Origin: Octopus sinensis
Taxonomy: Eukaryota
Direction of reading: 5' to 3'
DNA length: 64,000 nt
NCBI RefSeq assembly: GCF_006345805.1
Contig: NC_043018.1
Location: forward strand, 15,810,001-15,874,000
The notes beneath the pieces were generated by a model that was given only the letters and a program-made list of their open reading frames with translations, had not been told where the DNA came from and searched no databases. The position numbers and the translations under genes are program-made. This document shows positions 1-12,780 of this stretch, one piece after another (positions within the stretch are counted from its first letter, which is position 1; every line of letters begins with the position of its first letter).

Positions 1-180
1 AAAATATTTTTTATTCTTTTCCTTTGTTCTTTTTTTTATTTCTGGTGCGGAGAGAAGGAAAGAAGAACAACGCTGACGGTAGAGAATAACTAGGGCAAAT
101 GCCTTGATTGAAATCGCAGCCAAATCTCCCTCAAATTATACTGAGCATTTTCTTTAAAAAAATGAAAGAATTGAATAATA

Positions 181-395
181 TTGGTTTCAAATTTTGCCAC
201 GGGGCCCGCAATTTCGGGGGATGGGATAAGTCATCACAGTGACCCAAGTACTCAACTGGTATCTATTTTATTCACCCCGAAAAGATGAAAGGCTAAGACG
301 ACCTCAGCGGCATTTGAACTCAGAACGTAACGACAGACGAAATACCGCTAAGCATTTTACCCATTCGGCTAACGATTCCGCCACCTCGCCGCCTT
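181..395 (-). mobile_element. tRNA-derived SINE, family A (local name)
   Basis: Reverse complement has head AAGGCGGCGAGGTGGCGGAATCGTTAGC, B-box-like GAGTTCAAATGCC and ends GTGGCAAAATTTGAAACCAA; same layout recurs about 10 times in the window. Confidence 0.8.
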
Positions 396-652
396 CGTAG
401 CGGTTTGTAAATATTGAATTGAATGAAAAAGTTTTATGACATCAACATCATACGATTCTCGCTGACTGGAATAAAGTTTTTAAAGTTGGTATAGTCATTC
501 GAAGAACTTTTGTGGATGAATATTAGAACGTTGACCACCTCTACTGGCGACGAAGGTCCGGGTCGCACGGGCAGCCTTCGTAGTTTTCTGTTCGAAAAGG
601 GGGTTGTATTAGTTTATCCACTGTTTACATACTTATAATTAAATCTTTAGGC

Positions 653-860
653 AAGGTGTTGAACTGGTAGAGTCGTTACCGTCCCAGGTAAATGCACTTA
701 GCAGGATTTCGTTTCTCTTTACGTTCTGAGTTCAAATTCCGCCGAGGTCGACTTTGAATTACATCCTCTCGGTGTCGATAAAATAAATACGTGTTGAGCA
801 CTGGGGTTGATGTAATCGACCTCGCCCGAAGTTGTCGACTTTGTGCCAAAATTTTGAAAA
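653..860 (+). mobile_element. SINE family A
   Basis: GAGTTCAAATTCCGCCGAGGTCGACTTT...GTCGATAAAATAAATAC...GAGCACTGGGGTTGATGTAATCGAC...TTGTGCCAAAATTTTGAAA. Confidence 0.8.
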
Positions 861-1289
861 ATATTTACTTTAATTAAACATTGTAAATCATATGAAAAGT
901 ACGCTTCAGGAAATTAGAAGACGAAAGTGATGGAAGCTGGTCTTTGACTAAACGTTTTCAGTGCTCAGCAGTTCAAATTAAAAGGGATTTTTTAATATAA
1001 TTAATTTTAAAATCAATTTCAAATGTAAGAAAACGTTTCTCTCTCTCTCTGTGCCCCCCTCTCTCTATCTATCTTTCTCACACACACACAGATAGATAGA
1101 TAGAAAGATAGATATGCATATATCTATTTATATATACAAATATGTATGATTTTATTTCCATATATACATATGTACAGGCATATATTTATATATGCCTGAG
1201 TGTATATGTATTATCTACGTCCGTTTGTGTGTATGTATGTGTGTAGACACAGCAACATGTTAACCTTTTAAGCAGGGTTACAAGAAATT

Positions 1290-1740
1290 CTGCGGGGAGG
1301 GAAAACTATTTGTGTCAAAGGAAGGACAAATCCATCACGTTAGATCAACTGCTAAACCGAATTATTGCTTAAGGCTTAGAAACATTCAGAATGGTGAACG
1401 AGTGCTTCACTAAGTCCATTTGGCTGATGCACTTAAGCCTTGTTGAAAAGAGCTTACCGAGGAAAAGGTCAGCACGATAACAAAACATTGTAGGAGGAGC
1501 ATTTAAGAGCCAGAAAAACTTCATTGATCCCAGGATTGTTTTGTTTTCGACGATTATATATGACCAGGCAATGTGGACCTTCGCTGTGAAGGACAAATCT
1601 TTTTGTATATCATGAAGGTTTCATGAAGGCATGCTTCTGCATTGCATACGACTGAAAGGAGATACGTCTGTCATGAATACATATCAAACTGCATCGTGAG
1701 AGCTGCATCAAGGCGAAGCGGTACATCTATCTATGTCTAC
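1290..1740 (+). pseudogene. Heavily decayed RTE-clade LINE ORF C-terminus
   Basis: Frame fragments RMVNECFTKSIW, DQAMWTFAVKD and YVCHE...C resemble RTE post-RT motifs (RMPD.RLPK.I, DR..WR.AV.EG, terminal C2H2-like); many stops and frameshifts. Confidence 0.4.
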
Positions 1741-1819
1741 AGTTCATTAACAAGTAATGGGAAAAAATGGAACAGAATCACATCAAACATTTGTCTGAAC
1801 GTACACACAGAGGCAAACA

Positions 1820-2173
1820 CATAGACACACACACAAATACATACATATATACATACATACAAACATACACACATACATACATACATACATACATACAAAC
1901 ATACACACATACATACATACAAACATGTATGTATATATCTATGCATGTGTGTACATGCGTACATACATATATACATATGCATGTGTGTGTGTATGTATAT
2001 TTATATATATATATATATTTGTATGTTTGTGATTCTGATTAATAATTACTTTTTAATGAACTGCAAAGCGAAAATTCCCTTTTGTGACACACATATACAC
2101 GTGCGCGCGCATACACACACATACACACATAAACACGCACTATATATATATATATATAATATATATATATATA

Positions 2174-2222
<49 letters not shown>

Positions 2223-2400
2223 CATATATATATTTGTGTATACATGGATACATACATGCATTTGTACATAATACATTCATGCACACATACATAGATAATA
2301 CATACGTACATACAAACATACTTATATACATACATATATATATATCAATGTCTACACACACACATATTCCTATTCATGCACACACAAACACACACACACA
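1820..2400. repeat. Compound microsatellite (CATA)n/(TA)n/(GA)n/(CA)n
   Basis: Direct reading; source of the YI/HT ORFs here. Confidence 0.95.
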
Positions 2401-2630
2401 CTCTGGTACAGATCTTCAGTCCTTATTGTCCTCATTTTCTTGACTAGGGGTCTATCAAAAGGAAGAGCAATCTCAACAAAATGATTAAAGAAACGCTGTC
2501 AATCAACGACCCAATTACATTCGGCGCCTCAATTCTTTGCAAAATTATGTCGTCTTGAAAGAAGACGCAGATATAATCTATTATATTAATGAATATCACA
2601 TACTTCTTTGGTGTGTTGGCGGGCAATACA

Positions 2631-2691
<61 letters not shown>

Positions 2692-2890
2692 TTCTAAACT
2701 TGTTATATTCGAGTTTAATCTTCTTTTTTTCTTTTCAATAATATTCATATTTGCTTTTTACAATTTTTGCTAGAAATGTATAATTACATACGCATCAAAT
2801 CACACCCAGGAACATGTAAACACGTCCGCAGACTTATATAACTATATGCAGAGATATACTTACATATCTATATATCTACATATATACATG

Positions 2891-2921
<31 letters not shown>

Positions 2922-3013
2922 GTGTGTGTGTGTCTGTGTATGTGTGTCTGTATATACACATATTTATATATACTTAAAATTATACACGTATATACAAATG
3001 TCTGTGTTTGTGC

Positions 3014-3015
<2 letters not shown>

Positions 3016-3092
<77 letters not shown>
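3016..3092. repeat. Perfect (TG)n microsatellite
   Basis: Uninterrupted TG run of about 76 bp. Confidence 0.95.
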
Positions 3093-3097
<5 letters not shown>

Positions 3098-3409
3098 GTA
3101 GATAGGTATGCATCGGAACAAATAAGTGTATAGGAAACGGATTACAAACGGAAGAATTTCTATCCCGATTTCACGCCGATGTTCCTCATACGTCCATGCG
3201 ATGTAAACATGCCGTGAAAACGTTAAGGGAACAACAATAAGATTTGCCAGCAATAATTAACTTTAAAAAAAAGGCATTAAACAATAGAAATATTTTCAAA
3301 TAGATTTGGAAGGAAGAGACCATGAAATTTTAATTAAAAGTCCTGAGGAAATTTTGTTCGTTATACACACACACACATGTAGATATATTGGTTTTCATAT
3401 ATACATATA

Positions 3410-3448
<39 letters not shown>

Positions 3449-3747
3449 TATAGACATATTGGTTTTCATATATACATATATACTACGTATATATATATAT
3501 ATACACACACATACACACACACACACATATATATATATATAAATATATATATATATATTATATTAAATTAGAGATAAAACCACTATTAGGCAAATCATAC
3601 AATGAAAAACTTAAGCCAATACATAAGATTATTTAATTTATATGATTTAAATATATATCAAAATTATTAAAAAAGTTTGGATTTATTCCCTAATATGTTA
3701 TTATTAATATATATATATATATATATACATACATACATATACATATA

Positions 3748-3795
<48 letters not shown>

Positions 3796-3832
3796 CATAT
3801 ATATATATACATATATATATAATATATATATA

Positions 3833-4139
3833 TTATGTGAAATAGAAAGATGAATAATCTTGTAGTAGATTAATCAAAAGTTTAACCGATACCTTAGTAG
3901 CAAAAATCACAGCAGTAAACAGCACGGTTGGAGGTACAACCATATGGTGTTGCAACCGTGCGTTGGTGCGGATAATTGAAATTAAAACATCATTGGTGAA
4001 TTGAAGAAATGGAGCTGAACGCAGATTGAACAGAAATCGTTTTATTTCATTCTACACGTGCCTTTCGAAACACGTGTAGAATGAAATAAAACGATTTCTG
4101 TTCAATCTGCGTTCAGCTCCATTTCTTCAATTCACCAAT
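3833..4139. mobile_element. (TA)n-embedded Penelope-like terminal-repeat fragment with inverted partial copy
   Basis: Perfect 69-bp inverted repeat 3992-4060 / 4071-4139; right arm starts with hammerhead 3' half GAAA-C-ACGT-G-TA; flanked by (TA)n on both sides. Confidence 0.55.
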
Positions 4140-4169
4140 ATATATATATATATATATATACATACATAC

Positions 4170-4259
<90 letters not shown>

Positions 4260-4289
4260 CATATATATATTATATATATAATATATATA

Positions 4290-4392
<103 letters not shown>

Positions 4393-4699
4393 GTATGTAT
4401 CTATGTATTATGTAGACAGACAGAAAGATTGATGTACATATATTTAATATGCACATGTGTGTGTATGTGTATATAAATATATTTATGTAAATTCATGCAT
4501 ATATATGTATGTGCGTGTGCTTTAATGTCTTTATACCTATGAATATGTACGTATTTATGCATGTATATATATATATATATGTGTGTGTGTGTGCATGAGA
4601 GTGCGCGTGTGTGTATGTGTTTTTGTGTGTGCGTGTGTGTATTTAAATCGATAGAAAAAAGATAGATAGTTATATGTATACATATATATATATACATGC

Positions 4700-4730
<31 letters not shown>

Positions 4731-6193
4731 AAAATAGAGAGAGAGAGAATAGATAGACATACATACTGCATAAGCTTTGCGAGTTTGCATGCGTGTATTC
4801 GCGCATGCGTCCTGTGTAAGCAATGTAAACATCCGATCACATTCACACCACCCCGCCCCCATCATTCATGCGTACATCTACACTGTTACCCAAACACACT
4901 TCTAAGAAAAGAAGGTACGTATTTCATTCTCTATAAGAAAAAAAATACCGAAAAGAACACTTATGTTGCTGAGCAAAAAAAATTTAAAATGAGAGAGAGA
5001 GAGAGAGAGAGAGATTTAGCATCATTCCAACATCTCATCTAATAAGTGCACCAAAAAGAACCAGTGAGCGTGAAAACTCCTTCAACTTCTATTACTGCCA
5101 AACTGAAAAGAAATCCTGGTGACGAATAAATAAATATATAAATAAATAAATAGATAACCAAATAGATAAATAAATAAACGGCAAAGGAAGCAAGTTATTC
5201 CAGAGAGTCAAGAGCAAGAACTATTCTAGCTTTGTCAATGAACGTGGAGAGCAGATTGCATTTTTCAGCGTTACGTACGTCATTTTGAATCCATTGCCGT
5301 TAACAACCACTGAATGCAAGATTGGTTCTTTCATTCAGCTGACCTAGCAGAGCCCATTGTCCTTGCCGATAAGGCAAAGTTCATTGGCCGTGTCAGTTCA
5401 ATAACGTTTAAAAGCCGACTGCTTTTGCCCTTATCAATTACTCGCTTGCTTGTAAACTCAGCACTCTAAACTGTGGTTTACAAATATTTGGATGTTTCGA
5501 CATTCTTCAACACTTCCTGGTGCGTGTGTGCGTGTGTGCGTGTGTGCGTGTGTGGGTGGTGGTGTATGTATGTGTGAGTGTATGTGTGTGTATATGTGTG
5601 CGTATGTTTGTTTGTGCGTGTGTGCGTGTGTGTGGGGGGCGGTGGATTTATGTGTGAGTGTATGCGTATGTATATGTGTGCGTGTGTTTGTTTGTGCGTA
5701 TGTGTGTGTATGCGCGTATATGTGTGCGTATATATATGTGTGTACGTATGTGTATGTATGAAAGTGTGTGTGTGTGCTTGCGCACTGTCTCACTAACAGT
5801 TTCACAGAAATATATTTTTTTAAATATTATACTCTTTTTACTCGCCTAAAGGTTGACGTTGGACGCAGGAAGAATTAACGAAGCTAGAATATTATCGTTG
5901 TGTAGGAATGAAGTGTTTTCAAGACAGAGTTATAAACCCAAAATTTATTTGAATGAGAAAGGCCAGCATTCAATCCTTTGCAAGTCCTGTCAGTCCGGAG
6001 AGATCGGTAAAGTTCACATTGAGTTATGATGTCCGTAGATTGATGCTTTTAGTCAGGACTGGTCAGCAAAAGTAAGGCTGCGTATCCAGAAGTGGACCAC
6101 TGACGTCTTCCTTGTGAGCATCAATACTTTTCTTCATCGTTTTCATATAATGTACATAAAAATCATTATATATGCATATATATATATATATAT

Positions 6194-6345
6194 GTGACCT
6201 CGTGAGTACCACCGGCGATTTTTTTTCCTCTGTCTTCCCTTCTCGGGATCTTTCCTTCTCCTATGTTTCCGACGAAGAGCTCCGCTCGAAACGTTAAACC
6301 CTCCTTCTTCCATTCTTTCCTGAGCCTCCAATAATACTTTATACG
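6194..6345 (+). mobile_element. Short Penelope-like terminal-repeat (pLTR-like) element
   Basis: Follows (TA)n; carries hammerhead-like fold at 6265-6299 then CCTGAGC..CAATAATAC, similar to the element at 43151. Confidence 0.45.
6265..6299 (+). ncRNA. Minimal type I hammerhead-like motif (core U4 to C variant)
   Basis: GTTT-CCGACGA-A-GAGC-tcc-GCTC-GAAA-CG-TT-AAAC: helix I GTTT/AAAC, helix II GAGC/GCTC, GAAA core. Confidence 0.4.
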
Positions 6346-6615
6346 TGTATACATACACACACATACACACCCACATACACACCCACATACACACATACAG
6401 ACATTTTCAATGATGGATATGAACGATACGCTGGAATGTGTTTACGTAAAGTATAGGTCTGTGCATCACGAGTATAGATACACACACACACACCCACACA
6501 CACGTACATACATATATAAATATAAATATATATATATATTATATATATATATATATATATGTATATCAGTTACGCCATCATCCAGATTCTCTACAAACGT
6601 TTGTTGGCTTGCGGC

Positions 6616-6616
<1 letters not shown>

Positions 6617-6675
<59 letters not shown>

Positions 6676-6686
6676 CAGTAGTAGTA
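6617..6686. repeat. (AGT)n trinucleotide microsatellite
   Basis: Direct reading. Confidence 0.95.
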
Positions 6687-7635
6687 AACAATAACAATGA
6701 AATAAATATGACTAAAACAGCAGTGTATTTGCGTATTAAGATGGCTGCTATATGTCTGTCATTATGTCAGTCTTTTTCCAACCTCAACTGGAATATACGA
6801 ATGGATTATAGACGTTTCTTGTGTAGTCAGGTACATTCCAACAATAGCGGCCATATTTGATCGGAGACGTTCGTTGTTTATTATAGCAAATCTTTTCATT
6901 TGAAAACTGCATCTCTCACAATTTAATTTGTTAAACCAAAGAATGTGCATACCGTTGCGTCTTGGTTAATCTATACATGCGAAATTCATTCCAGCGAGAT
7001 CCAAAATTAATCAGCTTGTAGTTAAATAAAATACATTAGGAAACCAGATGAGAAAATCCCATGAACCTGATGTATGCATTATAAATGGTTTCTAGAAACT
7101 TCTGTAGCTTCTTGGGAATAACGAGAAGTTTGGGGTGATTTTAGTTAACTTGCTTGTCAAACAACAATTTCAGTTATGCAACAACACAACGGAGGCGTGG
7201 ATTAAACCAAAGGATTTCCAAAGGGTTGGCTGCTTCTGTGAACGTTATTTCATGTCAAATGACTGAATTCACCGACAGCAAAACTATTTCCCATATGAAA
7301 TATATGCAAACCTCTCGTATTACCATTGCTAGAATGTTATTCGTCGTATGATGGTTCAAATTGGTAATGCGCAAATATTCGTTCTTGATGTCACTATAGA
7401 CGATGCAAACAGCAATTTTTTATTGGTTGACAGATATATGCACCGAGCAGAAAAAACAGTTCTGTTCGCTGAAAGTATAAACAAAGCCGAGAACTTCGTC
7501 TAGTCTGAAAGTTTCGGCTATTTCTGCTTGATTATAGACAACGTATTGAAATACCGATGTCCCAGAATGCTCTGCGCTATGAGATCATTGTGTTCGACTC
7601 GATGTTGCCTAAAAAGGTGAACTTATTCTCCTAAG

Positions 7636-7961
7636 GTGAAGGCGCAATGGCCCAGTTGCTAGGGCAGTGGACTCGCGGTCGAAGGATTGCGGTTTCGATT
7701 GCCAGGACGGGGCCTTGCGTGTGTTTATTGAGCGAAAACACCTAAAGATCCACGAGGCTCCGGGAGGGGCTGTTGGCGACCCCTGTTGTACTCTTTCGCC
7801 GCAACGTTCTCTCACTCTTTCTTCCTGTTCCTTGAGTAACGTTGCGATGGACTGGCGTCCCGTCTAGGTGGCTGGGGGGGGGACACATACGCCACAGAAA
7901 CCAGGAAACCAGGCCACTGAGCCTGGCTAGGCTTGAAAAGGGCGCAAAAATAAATAAATAA
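7636..7961 (+). mobile_element. tRNA-Arg-like-head SINE, body B + tail 1, 11-bp TSD
   Basis: A-box TGGCCCAGTTG, B-box GGTTTCGATTGC; TSD ATTCTCCTAAG at 7625-7635 and 7962-7972; (TAAA)n tail. Confidence 0.9.
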
Positions 7962-8589
7962 ATTCTCCTAAGACACACACTGCAGTGCCTAGCATATTTT
8001 GTGCCTGAACCTGCCTAGACATGTTACGAATAAATATACAAACATTCAGTCAAACTAAATACTATTTTACAAAATATACATATTTATTACTGCAAAAGAA
8101 ATTTAAAACTAATTCTACTTTACGTGTTCTCTAAATTAATGTCATCGGCAACAATAGCATTGTTTAACTAACAATAAATAACACATGTAACATTAACTGA
8201 TACTACCACCAGTAGCAAATGTCTATTACCTGTATTACGAGCCATAGGACGAATAATACTCAGATTAGCATAGAGTACACAAACTGGATAAATCTAAAGT
8301 GAAGGCTAATTTCCCCTTTTGGGATAGACAAACGGAGGGAGATAAAAACGTGGTCAATTACATTAAGAGAGAACAAAATGCCAAGGAGTGAACCCCGATG
8401 CATCGCTCATCTTGCTAACAATATCAGTTAAATTCCACTAAATTCCACCAAATTCCACCCTACCGTGCTTTAAAATTTTAGTTATAGATAGACGACAAAG
8501 CGAGTTGAGGAAGGCTGAATATTCACTGTCTGATCAGCCAGGTCGGTTCTAGAGTTCGCTATCGATCTCCCCCTTGAAGATCCAACCGT

Positions 8590-8820
8590 TCTCCTGACCG
8601 TGGTGCTGGGGGTGGCAACGGCATATGGTAAGTATGCTGGCTAAATGGCTCTGGCTTGGGGAAAGACCTGGTCACCTACACCAGTATCTTGGCCAATATA
8701 CTCTATGGATCAAAAGTGTAAGAATTCTAATATGATGGTACCAAGCGGTGGGATCCCCGGGCTGCGAGGTACCACATTGGCTACTGGGGAAGAGCGCCAG
8801 GTCTATTCTAGAGTTAAAGA
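8590..8820 (+). mobile_element. RTE/BovB-like LINE 5' region fragment
   Basis: CCAGTATCTTGGCCA (8681) and GGCTACTGGGGAAGAGCG (8779) match recalled RTE-BovB-type 5' motifs in the expected order. Confidence 0.5.
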
Positions 8821-9790
8821 ACAAAAATTAATATGAGCTAGCATTAGATCCAAAGGTCTTTTCCTTTACATTTTGTTAACTCACACATCTTGCGTAACGA
8901 CAGGACTACAGTTTTGTTGTTGTTGCTGTGGTAATGGTGGTGGTGGTGGTGGGGAGGTCTTATCTGACCGCATCTACAGGATTAACAATTATAATTGTAG
9001 GGAACCAGGTACAGCTGCGCAATTAAAAATCAACTCTTCAAGAACGTGCACATCAGTTCGATCCCACGGTGCGGTTGTTGCACGAAGAAAAAAAAATTGG
9101 TTAATGGAAACTTTGCTGAAGCCCATTTAAGAAGAGTTCTTACCTAGTCATTTGACCTGCTAAAATTTCATAGTGAAATCTCCCACAAATAACGCCTAAC
9201 CTCCTCTTGCAAATACAGAACACCTTGAATAAAATAATTGATCCTATACAAAAGACCTGATAGCCACAGGGAAAACATTCCCAATCGAAGGATTTACTTG
9301 ATCAGATCTAACATGATGTACAGCACCATCACCACCAACAACAACGGCACTACCAATACCACCAACACTCACAGCAATATTTACGGCTATCTTTCAAAGC
9401 AATTGAAATTTACGCAGCGTGAATGTAGAATTGCTAAACTCGCTTATCGTTGTTGATTTTGATGCAAAGAAGCGAAGCATACACAATTGATTTACGAGAA
9501 TGAAGCCTGGATATGTATTCCTCATGCTAAATTTTCTGCAAGATTTCCTATATTTATATATAGACAAGATCTGTTGTAATTTACCCTAGCTGGGTGAAAA
9601 TACACACAGCCTCTCTTATTTCGTCAGTTCAGAGACCTTTCAACAGCTGAATCACAGCTCCTCAGCTATATTTCTCTCACATCAAATACTGCCCACGTAA
9701 AAACAAAACCAGAAAGGTGCACTGGAAAACGTAATATTAGATACATTTAGTCTAAAAGCAAAATCCACTGCAACAAATGATATAATTTCT

Positions 9791-10084
9791 GCCGGTTCCG
9801 ACGATGGGGATTCCAGTCGATCCTATCAACGAAACAGCCGGCTCGAGATATCAACGTGCATGTGACTGAGCACTCCATAGACACATCTACTCTTAACGGA
9901 GTTCTCAGAGAGATTCAGCGTGACACAGAGAGTGACAAGGCCGGCCATTTGAAATACAGGTATTACTCGATTTTGCCAGCTGAATGAACTGGAGCAAGGT
10001 GAAATAAAGGACAAAACGCGTCGCTGAGAACTGAACTCATGACCTTACGATCGTGCGACTAACCACTAAGCCACGTACCTTCAC
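9791..10084 (-). mobile_element. tRNA-Arg-like-head SINE, CORE-like body + tail 2 (older copy)
   Basis: Tail 2 block (ACTGAGCACTCCATAGACAC...CAGCGTGACACAGAGAGTGACAAGGCCGGCC) plus TTTTGCCAGCTGAATGAACTGGAGCAA body, with internal deletions. Confidence 0.85.
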
Positions 10085-10095
10085 TAACGGATGTA

Positions 10096-10440
10096 AAGGG
10101 TAAAGACCCCCTTCGGTCATGAATGACCATGGAATTGCACCTAGAAAGTTACCCTCCTAGACACAAGTCCGGGCAAGGTTGTTTATGGAAGACCAGCAGT
10201 CGCCCATGCATACCAGCCTCCCCTCTCCACGCCACCAGTGATATCCAAGGGGAAGGCAAAGGGGCCGATACAGCTTGGCACCAGTGACGTCACAACTCAT
10301 TTCTGCAGCTGAGTGAACTGGAGCAACGTGAAATAAAGTACCTTGCTCAAGAACACAACACGCAGCCCGGTCCGGGATTCGAGCTCACAACCTCACGATC
10401 GTAAGCTCGACGCTCTAACCACTGAGCCATGCGCCTTCAC
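10096..10440 (-). mobile_element. tRNA-Arg-like-head SINE, CORE-like body + tail 5, 13-bp TSD
   Basis: TSD ACTAACGGATGTA at 10083-10095 and 10441-10453; intact A/B boxes on minus strand. Confidence 0.9.
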
Positions 10441-10584
10441 ACTAACGGATGTATACACAGCTATATACATGGCATTTATGTGCAGTATGTAGATCTGAGA
10501 CTAAACAAATAAAAATTGAATGAGTAAATAGATAAGCCGCTGCGTACAATACTTAACAACTTCCTCCGCCATCTTGTTACAAAA

Positions 10585-10795
10585 GGCAGGAGAGTTGGAA
10601 AACATGTCTTGCCATGTTTCTTCCGACTCTTAACGTTCTGGGATGAAATCGAACCGAAGTCAATCTCGCCCTTCAGTTTTTCGAGGTTGTTGGAATAAAG
10701 TATCAGTCAAGTGGAGGGGCTGGTGGTATGGACTAGCCCCCACCCTCACCTTTCTCTCAAAATTGATGTTCTTGTTCCTAAATTAGAATCCATTA
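10585..10795 (+). mobile_element. SINE family A, old diverged copy
   Basis: AAGGCAGGAGAGTTGG head ... GTTCTGGGATGAAATC ... GAATAAAGTATCAGT ... CCTAAATTAGAATCCA. Confidence 0.55.
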
Positions 10796-11369
10796 AAGAT
10801 TGCATCAACATCAGCATCTAAATACTACAGCAAAACTTAACTTTTTCTTACCAACTGCGTACATCCTGAATGTTGCATGTGAGCTGTGTATACCCGCTAA
10901 AGATGCTGAATTTTCTTCATAATTATTCTATTATGGTAATATCATGTTATAATATAGTCGTAATATATTGTCAGCGCTAAAAAAACACGCCTAAGATAAA
11001 GATTAAATCAGGATAAAGTGGTATTATCCTTAGAAATAACTTCGAGTTTCTATGTTCCATTTTATATTCTGCTCTTATAACGCAGTAATTAGATAAGTAT
11101 ATTCTGTGACAACAGCCACGTTAAAATCCTGCAAATTATAATTGCAGAATGCATGTATCGACTACAAAATAAAAGCCGCAGACACCCCATTCACATGACA
11201 CGAAACCCATCGCTAATTCCACAAAATCTATACAGCTAATCCTAGAAAATCGCGACTTGTTGTCAACCAAACTTTATGGCAGATTTCGTGTAAAAAGAAA
11301 TATGTTACAACTTGTACAGCGTTATGTAGATTTACATTGACTGCATGTGACTCTCCAGTACACTCTTAC

Positions 11370-11422
11370 TTATATATATATATATATATATATATATGTC
11401 TGCCTCTACCTCTCTCTTTCTT

Positions 11423-11468
<46 letters not shown>

Positions 11469-11945
11469 AAGAGAGAGATAGAGGCAGACAGACAGATAGA
11501 CTGACTAACAGCTACAAATGCAGACTAACAGACAGAGCGACGACAGATAAGTAGATAGATAGGTAGACAAATAGATAGAGAGATAGAGAGAAAAAGAGTG
11601 ATAGAGAGACAGACAGACAAGCAGACAGACAGCTAGACTGATTGACAGCTACATAAGCAGACGAACAGACAGAAATACAGATAAGTAGATAGATAGGTAG
11701 ATGGATTGATCGATAGATAGAGAGAGAGGGGGAGAGAGGGGGAGACAGAGACAGACAGACAGACAAACATAGAGACTACTACAGAGGTAGACGAACAGGC
11801 AGAAAAACAGATAAGTAAAGAGAGAGAGAAAGAGAGAGAGAATGTGAGTGAGTGAGTCAAAACACAGACAGACAGCTACAGAGACAGACAGAGCATAGGC
11901 AGGCAGGCAGGCAGGCAGGCAGGCAGATAGAGGTGTATGTGCGTG
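11370..11945. repeat. Compound (TA)n/(AGAC)n/(AGAT)n/(AGGC)n microsatellite block
   Basis: Direct reading. Confidence 0.9.
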
Positions 11946-12395
11946 TATGTGTTGCGTTAAATACATTAGTTGAAAGTCTGCGAAACAAATCCATTTAGAA
12001 CGACACCCTACTTAGTGGATTCCGATAATTCTTCAAATCTATAATTAAAAATCGATTTATTGCTTGCGCTACTTTGTGATTAGAATGGGCTTTACAATCT
12101 TGGATTAAAGACTCATTCTTCGGAGCAATTCTAGGGTTTCTGTCTCGGAATAAAACCAAGACATAATGACCCGATGGTGCAACAACAGAAACATGAACTT
12201 GTAGAAGATCTCACCCGTTTTTTGTTCAGACCCTGAGTTATAAGACGAGTAAAACTCTTTAACGCTTCCATTAGATTCTCCTACAAGGGTGCCCTCAATG
12301 ATTGACATGATACTCTGCAATAAACCCCTCGTACTTGACTTATTGCAGGTCAGTTTAATAGGGGAAAAGGTCAAGATTGGATGATGCTGTCGTGT

Positions 12396-12780
12396 GGAAG
12401 CACTCCGTCGGTCACGACGATGAGGGTTCCGGTTGATCCGAATCAACGGAACAGCCTGCTCGTGAAATTAACGTGTAAGTGGCTGAGCACTCCACAGACA
12501 CGTGCAGCCTTAACGTAGTTCTCGGGGATATTCAGCGTGACACAGAGAGTGACAAGGCCGGCCCCTTGAAATACAGGTACAACAGAAACAGGAAGTAAGA
12601 GTGAGAGAAACTTGTGGTGAAAGAGTACAGCAGGGATCACCACCATCCCCTGCCGGAGCCTCGTGGAGCTTTTAGGTGTTTTCGCTCAATAAACACTCAC
12701 AACGCCCGGTCTGGGAATCGAAACCGCGATCCTATGACCGCGAGTCCGCTGCCCTAACCACTGGGCCATTGCGCCTCCAC
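12396..12780 (-). mobile_element. tRNA-Arg-like-head SINE, body B + tail 2, full length, 13-bp TSD
   Basis: TSD GATGCTGTCGTGT at 12383-12395 and 12781-12793; about 97 percent identical by eye to 62038-62414. Confidence 0.95.

Noticed and set aside
2448-2558. Acceptor followed by GSIKRKSNLNKMIKETLSINDP...stop
   Set aside because: Short, no partner exons, no homology recognised
8553-8627. Open frame FAIDLPLEDPTVLLTVVLGVATAY ending at a GTAAGT donor
   Set aside because: Weak acceptor, no recognisable protein, overlaps the RTE-like 5' fragment
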